This document shows, piece after piece, positions 34,796 through 48,244 of a DNA stretch of 64,000 nt. The notes under the pieces were generated by a model that saw only the letters and a list, made by a program, of their open reading frames with translations, did not search any database and was not told the origin of the DNA. This DNA is from Anthoceros angustus (taxonomy: Eukaryota; Plantae; Anthocerotophyta): assembly GCA_010909165.1 (NCBI GenBank), contig MU008170.1:1488001-1552000 (forward strand), read 5' to 3'. The position numbers and the translations under genes were made by a program. Positions within the stretch are counted from its first letter, which is position 1. Each line of letters starts with the position of its first letter.

Positions 34796-36592
34796 ATGGG
34801 AGGTCATGTTAGCGCCATTAAAGGGAAGCTTAGAGATTCTAAGAAGAGAGGCGGCAAAGCCCCGAAGTTGAGGATTGGAATTCTGGCGTTTGAGGTGGCG
34901 AATGTGATGTCCAAAGCTATGCAGCTGTGGCAATCCCTGAGTGAGCTGGAGATTCTGCGACTTCGAACAGAGGTGATTAAGGCGGAAGGTGTGTTGAATC
35001 TGGTGTCGGACAACGAAGCGCTGCTTCTTAGCCTCGCTTGTGAGGAGAAGCTGCAGGATTTGACTGCCGTGGCCGCCGCTGTTGCGCGGCTCGGGGGACG
35101 GTGTCAGGAGGCTGTGCTGCGGGGGTTTGAGCATATATTTAATGACATGATGAAGCAGACGATCGATGTGAGGTCGTGGGAGTTTTCCGCGAAGGAGATG
35201 GATTCGAAGATGAGGAAAATGGAGCGGTGCGTGATCTCTACCACGTCGTTGTACCAGGACCTGGAAGTTCTGGCAGATTTGGAGCAGACGCTGAAGCGGA
35301 TGCACGACGATGCGGCCAACACGCCGAAGGATGCTCTCGCGGCCATGGAGCAGAAGACTGTGTGGCAGCGGCAGGAGGTGAAGTATCTGAGGGACTTGTC
35401 GCTCTGGAACCGCACCTATGACAAGGTTGTGCGGCTTTTGGCCCGGACCGTGTGCACTATACATGGACGGATTGTGGCGGTGTTTGGCTCACCTATGCTC
35501 GGCTTGCCTCAATTCCCCCCTCGGCCGCTCAGCAATGGAGATTTGAGGCATGGCTTTTTCCCCCAACCTTCCTATCTCAGTTCTGACGGCACTCATCTGT
35601 CTGCCCGAGACGTCCATCTCTCCGACTCCCCTTCCACCTCCCCTACTCCAAACAGCTCCCGGTCTTGTGGAATGGCCATTGAGCTGTGGAGCTCCCCACC
35701 ACCTTTCAGTTCCATGCAGGAGAGGGACAGTGGTTCTCTGGCAGGTAGGGTTTCTACGGAAGTCCGACCTACCTTTTATCAAAATGACCTTAGTTCAGGC
35801 CCTCAGATCACGCAGCATAGGAACTCCATCTCTTCCTCTCCCAATTATCAAAATTCGCTTCTCTCCCACTCTCTTGTTTCCTCCGCAAATTCAAGGGTGC
35901 ATGGAGAGATCTCCCGAGCTAGCGGCTTCTATCAAGGTACTACTAGTCCAACAATTCCTCACTCTCATCCTTTTCATTCAGGTTCTCAGTACGGTGGTCG
36001 GCATTCTTCGGCTGGTCAAAACGGCCGCAATCAGGGCATGATGATGTTTCACCCGAAACATCGTATTCAAAATGCTCCTTCATCGACATTAGGAGGGTCT
36101 GCCCTTGCTCTCCACTATGCCAATGTGATCATCGTCATCGAGAAGATGGTGCGTTTTCCGCACCTAATTGCACAGGATGCGAGGGATGACTTATATCAGA
36201 TGCTGCCTAACAGCGTGCGAACGGCTTTGAGGTCGAGGCTAAGGGCTATTATGAGGGGTTACGATTCAACGAGGTATGATACTGGAATTGCTACTGATTG
36301 GAAGAGTGCCCTGGAGACCATTCTGGCCTGGCTAGCTCCCCTTGCGCACAACATGATTCGGTGGCAATCGGAGCACAATTTTGAGCAGCAACAGATGGTT
36401 GCCAGGACAAATGTGTTGTTACTTCAGACCCTCTACTTCGCAGATCAAACGAAGGCCGAGGCAGCTATAACGGAGCTGCTTGTAGGGTTGAACTATGTGT
36501 ACGGCCATGAGCAGGAAACAAGGGCAGCCGCGGCTGTGTTGGAGTACTCCAACCACGAGGAGTACGAGGAGTATCTTGATTGGCGTTTCTAG
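34796..36592 (+). CDS. DUF3475 + DUF668 protein (PSK SIMULATOR-related family), intronless
   Basis: N-terminal IGILAFEVANVMSK..EGVLNLVS and C-terminal TLGGSALALHYANVIIVIEK..DARDDLYQMLP..WLAPLAHNMIRWQSEHNFEQQ..LLQTLYFADQ are family hallmarks. The first ATG is at 34796 (MGGHVS). Confidence 0.9.
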   Translation: MGGHVSAIKGKLRDSKKRGGKAPKLRIGILAFEVANVMSKAMQLWQSLSELEILRLRTEVIKAEGVLNLVSDNEALLLSLACEEKLQDLTAVAAAVARLGGRCQEAVLRGFEHIFNDMMKQTIDVRSWEFSAKEMDSKMRKMERCVISTTSLYQDLEVLADLEQTLKRMHDDAANTPKDALAAMEQKTVWQRQEVKYLRDLSLWNRTYDKVVRLLARTVCTIHGRIVAVFGSPMLGLPQFPPRPLSNGDLRHGFFPQPSYLSSDGTHLSARDVHLSDSPSTSPTPNSSRSCGMAIELWSSPPPFSSMQERDSGSLAGRVSTEVRPTFYQNDLSSGPQITQHRNSISSSPNYQNSLLSHSLVSSANSRVHGEISRASGFYQGTTSPTIPHSHPFHSGSQYGGRHSSAGQNGRNQGMMMFHPKHRIQNAPSSTLGGSALALHYANVIIVIEKMVRFPHLIAQDARDDLYQMLPNSVRTALRSRLRAIMRGYDSTRYDTGIATDWKSALETILAWLAPLAHNMIRWQSEHNFEQQQMVARTNVLLLQTLYFADQTKAEAAITELLVGLNYVYGHEQETRAAAAVLEYSNHEEYEEYLDWRF

Positions 36593-38194
36593 TTTGGCTC
36601 TCAACAGGGCGATTCTCATCTGCCCGATCCGCATCTCTCACGCGCATCCAGCTGTTTTTGGCATCCAAGGGTATGCTTGAACTGTCTGTTGCGTTTTGGA
36701 TGGCCTGCTTCCCAAGTGCCTCATCCGACAAACTTTGCAAAGGGGGCCAGAAATTCCCGACTGACGATCGGGGAATCGGTAATTTAATGAGACGGGAGAT
36801 TCCTTGTTTTGTAGATACTACGACAGCGCTTTCATTGGGCATGAGACTCTTTGCAGCATGGCAAGGAGAACGTCATGATAACCAGGCCATCGCCGCCAAC
36901 CCTGACATTCTTTGAGCAACTATCCTCCCGCCGCAAGACAGAGATGACAAGAAGACAATGCCTTTGTCTAACTGATTTGTTGAGCACTACATACTCGGAT
37001 TTCGCACACATTGGAGCTGGTAACATGTAAAGTAAGTCGTTGCTGCATTCCTCCATTGTTTGTCCACTGTGTGCTTTTGTCAGGACAGAAAATAAAGTAT
37101 TTGTACTCCTAGGACGTAAAGCTTTGTCCTGGTCTCCCGAGACAAAGAGGTTGGGGGTTCCAAGGCCGGACCTGGAGCCTTCTTCGTCCGTGAGACCTTT
37201 GTTGCATGCCTACTGCACTTCGCATATCCAACTGCTTCCTCTGCTGTGTTTCACAGGTGTGTCAGCTGTCTTTCTCTTGCGTCACTTGCATGTACATACG
37301 TATGTGTATTGTGGCAATCGTCGCGTCCTTTACCTACGTCAGTACTGTATATTGTTCTTCTGTCGTCCACACGATCTCGGAGAAGTGCGCACTCTCAGAC
37401 AAACGACCGTGTCCCTTGTCAGGTCCTTGTCAGCTGTCTCGCACTGTTTTCTCATTATTTGACGGTTCCGTGGTCGACGCCCTTGGTGACACATGCTTGT
37501 GACTGGCTTTTGTTTGCCGTTAGTTGTGGCTCAGGTGAGACCTTCAGGGCAGTGCGGCACCCCCGCTCTTTTCTCCTCTTTTCGTAGTAAAAAATTGCCA
37601 CACGCCCTTTTCTTATCTTTTTTTATTTGTAGTAAAAAACTGCCACAAGTGGGCGACAAACATGCATTGCACGAACGGAAATCAAGCATCTAACGAACAG
37701 GCCTACGCAACGTCCTCCAACTCGTCACTCGTTGCGGGGTCATGGAAGGTCTTTCCGGCGTTCACGCCTGCCTTACGCAGCACTCGTCGAAGCGGCTGAC
37801 AGCCACAACTAGCTGGCGTTGCTGGTACGCAAACCTATCTTGTCTTTTTTAGACAAGATAGGTTTGATCTTTATTTTTTATGGATCTTGTTTTTTTTTTC
37901 CAAAAAAAAAAACAAGGTCAATAATCTTTACAAGTTGCCACAGGCAATTGGACCTGTCTGTGAATGGTTTTGAGCAGAGAGCACAAATTGAGCAACTGAC
38001 TGCTGCAAAAAAAAATCTGTACATCAAGTCGTCCAAATCAAGATCTGGGATAGCCCACAGGTCTGAAGAAAAACAACTCGGATTTGAGAAGAAGGTCTGG
38101 GGAAGGCAAACTTAGACTTCAATAGAAGGTCTAGAGAGATGGCAACTCAGACTTCAGAAGGTCGGAAAAAAACCGCTGTTGACAGGCAGCAGCC

Positions 38195-38625
38195 ATAGAT
38201 GAATTAGGCCTCAGGAGGGGCCACATCCTGCCATACGTGCCTCTGCACCAAGCACCGCAGATCGGACATAATCTTGTGCTTCCTCTTTGCCTTCTCCTCA
38301 TAATTACATGGCCAGAGCTCCTTGTCCTCTGCACTGTACACCTGATTTTACTTACGAAAACGGATGGCATTCATCCGTTGATGCCGATCATCACGTACCC
38401 CAAGCTCTCAAATTTGACAAGCGCAGGCATAGGTGAATGAGGCCTCAGGAGGGGCCACATCCTGCCCTATGTGCCTCTGCACCAAGCGCTGCAGATCGGA
38501 CATAGTCCTGTGCTCCCTCTTTGCCTTCTCCTCGTAATTACATGGCCAGAGCTCGCTTGTCCTCTGCACTGTACACCTGACTCTACTTACAAAAACGAAT
38601 GGCATTCATCCGTTGATGCCGACTT
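38195..38625. repeat. Diverged direct repeat of ~190 bp (38195-38390 and 38432-38625) upstream of the proteasome gene
   Basis: aggcctcaggaggggccacatcctgcc...ggcattcatccgttgatgccga occurs twice, with scattered substitutions. Confidence 0.9.
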
Positions 38626-38942
38626 CCGCTCATCACCTACCCTAAGCTCTCGAATTTGGCTCTCTGATCTGAAGACAGACCTACTTCTCCTCTCCTGATA
38701 CGTTTCCCTTGCTGCACATACTGAGCTATGGCATCTCCTGCTCCCGGCCTCAAGGCACCTCCGTAGCTGATGCTCATTCGCCATCACATTTCGAATCCTC
38801 CGTTTTTATCACCTAGGTATTAAAAACTCCTTTCTTACTTCTTACTGTAACTAGATAGGTACCTAATAACGCCTGTATCACAATCGCTGTAAATGCTAAC
38901 AAGGCGCGTATCTGGAAACCTAGGCCACACTGGTGTGTTGCG

Positions 38943-39984
38943 ATGGCGCGTTATGACAGAGCGATCACGGTATTTTCTCCCGATGGCCATCTCTTCCAGG
39001 TAGAGTACGCACTGGAGGCAGTGCGGAAGGGAAACGCGGCTGTGGGAGTGCGGGGCACTGACAATATTGTCCTAGGAGTGGAGAAGAAGTCCACTGCCAA
39101 GCTGCAGGATGCCAGGTCATGGTTGCTTGTGTCATCGGTTTCATGGCTTGCGTTGCGAATTGTGGTCTTTGAGGTCTACCTTGGAGCTTTGTTGAGCTGA
39201 GCTGAGCTGACGTGATTTGCAGGGCAAGAGAGTGCACACAAGAGCCGGTCACTGATGACCTAATTGTTTGTGATTTTCAGGACTGTGCGGAAAATTCTGA
39301 GACTGGATGAGCACATTTCACTGGCTTTTGCCGGATTGACAGCAGACGCTCGTGTTCTGGTAAATAGGGCTCGTGTTGAGTGCCAAAGCCACAGACTGAC
39401 AGTTGAAGACCCGGTGACAGTGGAGTATATCACTCGCTTCATCGCAGGTTTGCAGCAGAAGTACACTCAGAGTGGAGGTGTGCGGCCTTTTGGAATTTCC
39501 ACCTTGATTGTTGGATTTGACCCATATACCAATGTCCCCTCCCTCTACCAGACAGATCCGTCTGGGACTTTTTCTGCATGGAAGGCTAATGCTACGGGCA
39601 GAAACTCCAACTCGGTGCGGGAATTTCTGGAGAAGAATTACACAGAGACATCAGGGGCTGAAACTGTGAAGCTGGCTGTTCGAGCTCTTCTCGAGGTATG
39701 TAGGGGAAGTGTGGAGCTGTTATCTGTTTGTAAATGGTGATGGTGTGTGTCGTATGGGTACTCTGCCCAATGCAGTACACATCATCAAGTTCTTCATGCT
39801 AAGCCGTTATGCGCTCTAACAGGTTGTGGAAAGTGGCGGAAAGAACATAGAGATTGCCGTGATGACCAAGGAGACAGGTTTACGGCTGCTTGAAGAGTCT
39901 GAGATCGAAGAGATAGTCGCTGGCATAGAGGCAGAGAAAGCAGCTGCTGAGGCTGCCAAGAAGGGTCCACCAAGAGACACTTAA
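38943..39984 (+). CDS. PAD1: 20S proteasome subunit alpha-4 (alpha type-7); exons 38943-39115, 39281-39695, 39823-39984 (249 aa)
   Basis: [61 protein letters not shown] and [14 protein letters not shown]; the introns are GT-AG and in phase. Confidence 0.97.
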
Positions 39985-40874
39985 GAGCTTTCTTGTTCCT
40001 CTAGCGTATCACACAAGCTTGCTCCTATGGTACATCCCAGATTTGGAGGTCTTTCTTTAGTTACGTCAAGGACCCTTTTTCAAATGCACATTCAGGCTCA
40101 AGCTATTCAGGTGCAGACGGATTCAAGCTACTATACTCTATCAGTCACTGCAAAGTTATGTTATGTAGATCCAACCATGTCTAAGTCTCAACCAATTCAT
40201 AGAGTGCCATCGCGCGTTAATCTGCAGAACTTGCCTCATGGATATCTACATTCTCTGCATGCACCGACTTCCCACATTATCCGGCCATCGCACTCGCACA
40301 CACGGCCAAATAGACAGACTAAGTGACCTCCATCCCAGACCTGTGTTCAACTCCCAAATTGTCTTCTGTGCAAGTTTGATGGCCTGGAGGCACAAGAGCT
40401 CCCGGACTCCGCGTCTCGTTGATTGCCATTTCATATCGAGACCACATCCTGCCCGTCACAAGTGTCATGCTCTGCTGAGCGCCATGTCCTGGTTGCTTAT
40501 TAGGGTTTACCTATGTCCTGCTTCTTTAGTAGGGTTTTTAAGTGTTCTAAAATCGTAGTTCACGAAACACATCCAACCAGATGATGTACATGCGTTTACT
40601 GCGGACTACGTAGGTGTGGGTGTGACTGTTTCCACCCATGAGCTTCCATTTCATGTACACCTAAGTTCAGATTTGGGTTGACTCTAATTCGCGTTGAAAG
40701 GACTTTAGGAACCTGAAATCCGGGAAACGCAGCAACGCGCATCACCCATCTACAGCGTCTGTGAGGAATAGAAGAGACTGAATTGATGTGGGTTCTCAGC
40801 TTTTGGGGCATCTAACAGCGGTCGAGGCTTCCAGAGAGCGAAGATTGGGTGGATTCCTCTTTCCTGTACATGTG

Positions 40875-43425
40875 ATGGCTCCAGCTGGTGATGCTCCCTT
40901 CTCCAATACGAGTACACGCAGTCTGCCATTTTGCTCCTGCTTCTACTGGGTCCTGATGCATTGCTACCTTTCGCAGAGATTCCAGGTTACTACTTCGATC
41001 CAGTACGAAAGAAGTACTTCAAAGTACCGAAGAATCAGCATGGAGCTGGCCAAACTGTTGGAGGCAAGTCCCGTGAGGTATGTCGAGGGAGTACCATTTT
41101 GGATAGTTTGCGTTTGGGATTAAAAGGGCTTTTGATTGAGAATTCCGGTTTGGCAAGTTTCTCGGATGCTGTCAGTGGCTTGGACTGACCACGGAAGGTG
41201 ATTGTGCGGTTGGAATGTTAGGTTGCCGAGGAGAGGTTGCCTAGCAAGAGGCAAAAACGGAGTACCTCAGGTGGTGGTGGTGTGCTCCATCTCCTTGGTC
41301 AAAGGCAGGTATCTGGGCTTAGCAGTGCCCCGTTTCATCGGCGATGGATGGAAGGACAGTCACTTGAGCCGCAGGTATGTCTGATGGCATGTTGTTGTGG
41401 ATCTACGCCAGTAGCAGTGCCTGTTGAGCTTGTGAACTCTTTCAACCCTAGTCATGTGTGAAGTTTTGCAGCTTACCTTTATGTGTTCAGATATGGGAAT
41501 ACAGGAGAAAACGCGGGGGGGTTGTTGCTGACTTCGAGCAATTCAGTGTGGATACTGTTTCGGATGAAGGAACTTTGCAAGCAAATGTGCTGCTCACTGG
41601 GAATAAACTGGGGTTTATTCAGTAAGAAACAAGACAATCCTAGCAAGTGCTGCGCTGATGATGAATTCTTTGCAGATGTGCTGAGAATGAACTCTTTATG
41701 TAGGTCGTTCGAGGTGCTTCCCTCTTCGTCAATATTAGATGACGCTGGCAAGCGCCAGAAACTTCAGCGCCGACCATGGAAACTCCAACATGCAGAGCTG
41801 TCTAAGATGGAGCAGAGGGAGGCACCACAGCTGCTTGGTGGACTAAGCGAATTGATGAGGTCTACAATCACATCAATCAGGAGGCTCCAAGGGGCTGACA
41901 ACAGCAACAGAGCAGTGTATGTACTCCCTTACGTCATTGTGTCTGTGTGGCATTGGGAAGCTCTAATTTCTGATTGTTGGCTTCAATGTCAACAGAGTCT
42001 CTGGCTTAGGGTGGTCTGGAATGGGCCATCCACCTCATCATGGAACTGCGGGGCTGTCCGTAGTAGAAGTGTTAGGCATGCATAACGAATCCAGTTTTAG
42101 GATTAATAGGAGAGCGTTGTACTGTCCACAGCTGGAAATATTGACATCGAAGAGCAGCCCCACTGGGGCAAGAGTCGCTGTGGGTATGAGTCTTGGTGGC
42201 CTTAGTTCAAACTGTCGTTGATGTTTGTTCTCACAACTCCTTTCAAGCCTTATGGCCTACTGTTAGTCAGCTATGTGGTCAATTTAATGGTGTGCACTGC
42301 AACTTGGCAGGCACAAGACGTGGCCCTGCTCTGATTTCTGTTGAAAGTGGTAACTTGCAATGGCTCCGTAGAAGAACCTATGCTACATCTACATTTGCTT
42401 TGGAGTTTGACAGAACAGTAAGTTTGTCTCGTGATGTGATTTGGGAAGGGGGAACCACATCTGCTCGAGTTTGGCAGAATTATGCATGCCTTAGGTGTCT
42501 CAGAGCAGAATCGGGTCGCAATGCAGGGGGACATCATCTTCTGTGGATTTGCAGCCGGGCGTATTGGTTCCATAGACATACGTGATCATCACCTGCCTGG
42601 ATCGGCAATGGAGATGGATTCTTGTGTCTGCAGGTGGGCTGGAAACCTCCACAGAGTACTTTTTGGTGCTTTGTGAGTCCGACGAGTAACAGTGTGTTGA
42701 CTGTTTGCAGCATTGTGGCACTGGAGTCCAACGAATTTTACCTGCTGGCAAGTACCATGAAGGGACAGGTTAATCCAAATCTCCAAGCTGTTTTCAATCT
42801 TTGGGGTTGCAAACCACTTTCCGTTGTGGGAAGAAAGTGGGCAGGTCCTATGTGAAACTCAGGCTCTCCAGTGACCACACTTGCATCATCGTTGTTGGGT
42901 CAGATACAAAGATGGGACAGGCGCAACAATAGGATGCCTGTTTGTTGCTATGAAGGCAATGTTAACAGTAGCTCCCTTCTCCAGCTTGGTGTTGATGGTA
43001 GGGAGACACTGCTCCTATCTGGTGAGTGACACAATTGCGGATCATTTTGCTACTCAGACGCAACAGAAACAGAGTTGTAACTTTGTCCACGTTTCAGGTG
43101 GCGAGGATAGAGCTGTTCGAATCTGGAGTCTTGCTTCTGGGAAATTACTAGAAGTTAGGGAAGACTTTCCTGGCGTAATCGCTTGTATGCGGAGGCCAAT
43201 TTTTACTGGTACTGTAATGTGGCACTTAGCCTTGTGCAATTATTTTACATCCCTGTATTTGTTTCACCCAATTTGATATTGTGGACTTCTTGTGCAGGAT
43301 GGAGTGAAGATGTCGCCCGTGGATCACAGCACAAGAGGTTTGCAGTCAATCATAGCTGGGCGATGTGGATGGCCCCACAATCCGAGGCTGGGAGTCTCTT
43401 CTACATGCACAGTACCGGAGGTTAG
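40875..43425 (+). CDS. DCAF4/WDR21-like WD40-repeat protein, multi-exon (internal exon boundaries not all resolved)
   Basis: MAPA|EIPGYYFDPVRKKYFK resembles the DCAF4 N-terminal motif. Later exons give WD-like segments: YLLASTMKG|IQRWDRR (WDxR-like), CYEGNVNS and SGGEDRAVRIWSLASGKLL. Confidence 0.75.
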
Positions 43426-43938
43426 GTGACGATATGATTGGCGGCAAACACACAGCAATATTCTGAGCAATTTCTAGACTCCTTCAAGGTAGTTCGGGAC
43501 TTGATTGCTATATGCTTTTCACTTGGTACTCACGCGCCCTTGTCTAACAGTCGTCATGTAGATATGGCTGCAGAAAGCTGTTTTTGCGTCGTGTATCGGG
43601 TGGTCAGCAAACGTGCCCCGCATCCAACTTCACTGTCAGGTATATCATCTCTGCTGAAGTGACATTATTTGACAGAATTTTTCATGTCCAGCATTACCTA
43701 CACGTTTCTCGAGCAACGTTATTCTGCAACCACTCTGAAATTTTTGCAGGAGACATTTGTGAAACGAGGAGCAGATTTTGGGGAGGTTAATGAATGGTTC
43801 CTGACTGACATCTCTAGATGGACCCCTTGCAGACCATTTATGGATATGCTGAGTTGTTTAGGTCACGCGAGCGAGGCTGAGATAACATGCTGGAGAGATT
43901 GATGAATAATGTGTCGAAGTCCCTAGATCCCTTTCAGA

Positions 43939-46900
43939 TCAGATATGGAGATGCTGGGGTGTCCACTGGAGAGTCATGTACAGTTTACCGGAGCTCGCGC
44001 CAGTGAGCTTGAACTCATCAGAATACTGTCCGTCTTCTATCACCCTTGTGAGCGTGAGCACAACCCTACCAAGAAAGTCCTGATGACAGAGGGTGGATGT
44101 CCTGGTCAGATACCGTGACCTTCGAATGCACGAAACTCATATTGAACTGAGTCTGTGATAGAACTGAGTCTGCTCGGCAGGATAGGAGACTAACCCGGCC
44201 AAAAGTGTCGTGATCCCAGATCTCGACAACGAGGAGGTCATGGTTCGCATCCTCCACCAGAAAGTCGAATTCTTGATTCCAAGTCGGGTTCAGATCCTGG
44301 AAGACGATCTGTCATGCTCTGGATCAGCTCATTGTTAAGCTTTGTCTTACAATGAAAATACTGGAGCATCCAGGAGTTCTTACTTTGGTCTTCTTCTTTG
44401 TTGAGTCATTTTTCTTCATGCACAACGAGGCGTAGGGGTCGCTGGTGCCCAAATAATCTGCGGCTGTGAGTGCTTCAGCCCGCTCGACCGTGACGGTTAA
44501 AATGCCACGAATAATTTCCTTGTTCCTCATGATAGAAGATCGGTGCTCTCTTGTACGTGGAAACAAGGCAGCCGAAGATCCTTCACCCAGGTTCAGCGAC
44601 GAAACTCGTGTCGAATTGTTATCCAGGTTTGCGATTATTTGCTTACCCTTCACGCTTGCACGCGCATCAGGTGCTTGAGGGTGATAAAGAAGCTCCACGT
44701 GTACCTGCATGTTGTACTCACATTGAATGCCATTCTGGAAAATAAAATCGGAACAGAGAAAATTCTTCGATACCATGTGCACTGTGCTCGTAGGCTGTCA
44801 ACGCGAGTTCCCACATGGATTTGATGGGGACAATTTACCTGACCTCTGTACTTGGTGCTCTTTGTGTCCTCAAGATCCTTTACCAGGCTCAGCCATTTCT
44901 CGACTGAGACCCAGGGCTGCAAATCCTTCAGGAACACTTGTGCAACCCCAAGCAGTTGACTCTCCTGCAGCCCTTCTTCATCAAGGACACGAATCACGAG
45001 CTTCTGTGCTTCCAGATCCTCGACCTCCAGCTCGAAGTGCTCATCCCATACCGGATTCAGTTCGTTGCCCTGGCATTTTCCAGATATTCAAAACAGGATA
45101 CCGCGGTAACTTCATTACAGCACTTCATAAATCGCAATTGGCTTGGTGGCAGAGGTTATGAAAGTGAATCTCGAATGTATCGGGCGTACTTGATTCTTAC
45201 TATGGTCCGGCTCCTCTTCATGTAGCTTGGTACAGGCCTGACATACAGTAGGGCAAACGGGTCCGACTTGCCAACCACATCTTTGTTTGGCAAATCCGTT
45301 GCCTGAACCAATCTGACATTCAGCATACCAATCGGTTTTGTGGTTAGAGCCTCGGGGCTGTGAAACAACACGTTGCGTCTCTTCGGCAGAAGATTCCGGG
45401 GAAGGCTGCACAACAACAAGGCACCACCAACAGGGGTGTCACGTAAGGACATAGGTACTTTCCACATACGAATGGAGCTGGTACAGGAAGATATATCTGT
45501 CCATACTTGTCATATCCTGACAAGACAGGAACAACTTGTCTCATGGGCCATTCCACTGTATCCATAATAGCTGTTCTCAGCATTCCCTGCACAATTTCCC
45601 ACATCCAAGGTTCAACCTACTGAAAGAGCAGGGAACTACTCGTCAATCCTACTATGTATATTGAATGCGTGCAATGGAATTCTTGGTAAGAATAGCATTC
45701 TGATGAAAAGGAAGTCTTCTCACATACGTCTAGCATACCGAATAGTCCGGGAACGATGCTCCTCTCCCCGCCAACCACCTTAAGTGTGAAGTTCAACCTT
45801 TTCTGTCCACACGAACATGATATGCATCTGAAAAAGAACGGACTCTTCTTTCTCTCATCTACAGTTGACATAATAAGCAGAATGCAATCAAGTGAGATGG
45901 GTTCGGTGGGATCGGGCAAGTACCTTGTTGATCAAGGTGTACGTAAATGCTCCAAAACAGGGGAGCTGATCTACTAATGGCTTGAAGACCAGACGGAACA
46001 CTCCATTGATGCCAAAATCCTTCACCTGGGAAGGATTGATATGTCACTTTTGGACAGGCTTGGCCTTAGGATGAGCAGGCAAGCTTTACCAACCCGGGAA
46101 TGCTACCTGAATTGGGAGCGCAACACCTAGCAAGGTCCCCACAGCAAGAATAATGCTTGGATTACCGTCCCACTGCATCTCGACATCCATGGCAATTTCC
46201 CCCTCTGTTGAGCTTTCAACCATCTGTACTCCTGCGACAGCACACCACCTTGAAACACTGTAACAAGTGCTGTAAAGCCCGACAGACCGAAATTAGTGTT
46301 TTTCCAACAAACCAGACCTAGAAACTGAGGAGCGATTGTGCCAAGAGTAAACTTCTGAAATTTGAGCGACGCCAGAACAGTCGGCCGGTAGTACTCCAGA
46401 ATCGGCTCCAGCGACTCCTTGCATAGTTGAGATGCCGCCTGCTTGTGAAACAGTGCCTCAAAAGTGTGCACGACCAGTTCTTGGACTTTCGCATACCTAC
46501 TGCAATTCTCTGTATGAATCCAATGTTTCCTCACAAGTATTGCTCAGACTGTTAGCCTGAAGAGGAAAGAAAGACGCACCTCATTCACAAGAGGCCAGAC
46601 CTTGACCATCTTCTCGTTCAACCACCCTACCTGCCACCCACACTTCGGTTGTACGCAAATTCCACTTGCTGCTGACAAAAATTTGAATCTTGAGACCAAC
46701 AATCTTACCTTCTCAAGCTCTGCAAACACAATCCACCTTGGGTACACAGCTTGAGGGAACAGCCTTCTCAGGTCCTGCAGATTCATCCTGGATAGCACCG
46801 CCGTATTTACCGCCTGCAAAATGCATCCTCGGTCATCAACGAGCCAGCCATCAATATGCAGTCTGTAGCTCCCTGCCATCACGTATATCTAGACATGCTT

Positions 46901-47157
46901 CCGAGATAATCTATCCTCAGGTCTTCTGTAGAGTGAATGCGTTCAGAGTCTTCAGGAACATTCTGAGCCTCCAGAGCTCCTTGGAAGCATACAGCAGAAA
47001 GCGAAAGGCAAAGCAGCAGACGAGAATTTACAATTCTTCGACGGTGCTTGGAGCGCCTCTTTGCAAGTATGCTGAACAGCCAGATGATCAAGATGCCAAT
47101 CGGAATTCCCGCCATCGTTCCGATGACGAAATTGGAGGTGAAGATGCTTCTTGGCAT
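43939..47157 (-). CDS. Synaptotagmin (SYT4/SYT5-like): N-terminal TM, SMP domain, two C2 domains; multi-exon
   Basis: TM GIPIGILIIWLF; SMP WLNEKMVKVWP, LKFQKFTLGTIAPQF and MQWDGNPSI; C2A VQATDLPNKDVVGKSDPF and NELNPVWDEHF; C2B GTSDPY, LNPTWNQEFDFLVEDA and WDHDTFG. Stop at 43939. Confidence 0.92.
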
Positions 47158-47938
47158 GGCTGTGAGTACCAGTAGCAGCTCTCCCGGGGCCAAGCAATCC
47201 AGGCAAGATTGAGATGGATGAGAGGATTCATTGGATTTCAACTTGCAATTGCAAATGGCTGCATGTAGCCAGCGGTGCTAGCCAGTAGTTCGGGTTTACA
47301 CAACGGCATTGCCAAGACGAGATGCGCCAGCCGTGCTTGCCAGCAATGCCGAGCCGAGGTGCGCTCGCACCGATACCGGAAGATGCTGCCAAACCGGACG
47401 TCCCGATGATGCCGCTCCAAGTGTTACATACTCCAGTGCTCGGAGCAGATCGGGAACAACGAAGAGCACGCTTGCAAGCTTTGCCAACAGTGTCATACCT
47501 GCATGAACCTTGGCCTCGTCGCCCGGACGGCAAGAATAAAACGGGCTGCCGCCTTCTCCCGTTAGCCACAGCCGTTAGGTCGTCCTATGTTGTCAAGCAT
47601 GTGGATAGATAGATAGCCTTTCAGTTTCTCGTGGACGGAGCACCGACAAGAACGGATTCCTGACTGACGAGGAGGTGCATTGATCTGGAGTCCAGTGCGT
47701 GGCAAACCAAGCAAACTGGAGTAGCTCAAGTACAACTGGAAGCTGCTGCAGCTATGGCAGGGCTTGATGATAACGCAGAGCGAGGAACAGCAAGAGAGAC
47801 AGACAGTGCGAACACTGGCAAGGCGTGCCTCAACACACCTAAGAAAAATCCTAACCATCCTCAAGCTTCAAGCTTCCTTCCTACTCCTTCCATAACCTTA
47901 CTAGCCAAGAGCAGCAAGGTGCTGCGTGCAGTGCACGC

Positions 47939-48244
47939 TCAGGGGAAGTAGTCCGGCCAGATATGGTAGTAAGTGTCCCGCTGCACCTTGTTCAGCGCCT
48001 TGTTCCACTTGAACTCGTACGTCTTCTTGCCCTTCTTGCGCGCCGCCTTGAGCTGGTGATTCTCGCACACCATGGCCCAGTCGTGCCAGTTCCAGGCGTT
48101 GCAGTTCTGCTCCCAGTAGTAGGGGCACACGAAGGAGTAGACGGAGAAGGCCACCGCGCCCCAAAAAATGCTGCTGAAGGCCTCCCGGTCGGAGTGCGGC
48201 ACCCCGGGGTCGCCAGTGTACGCGGGCCCGAACATCTTCTCCAT
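47939..48244 (-). CDS. Small (101 aa) conserved-type plant membrane protein of unknown function, intronless
   Basis: MEKMFGPAYTGDPGVPHSD..(TM)..PYYW..NWHD..YEFKWNK..RDTYYHIWPDYFP; strong GC3 codon bias. It resembles, from recall, a conserved uncharacterised plant family (GNAYRGDPGVPH..WPVYFP). Confidence 0.8.
   Translation of the reverse strand: MEKMFGPAYTGDPGVPHSDREAFSSIFWGAVAFSVYSFVCPYYWEQNCNAWNWHDWAMVCENHQLKAARKKGKKTYEFKWNKALNKVQRDTYYHIWPDYFP

Noticed and set aside
34778-34796. GUG start for the DUF668 gene
   Set aside because: An in-frame ATG six codons later gives a sensible MGxxxS N-terminus; nothing supports non-AUG initiation.
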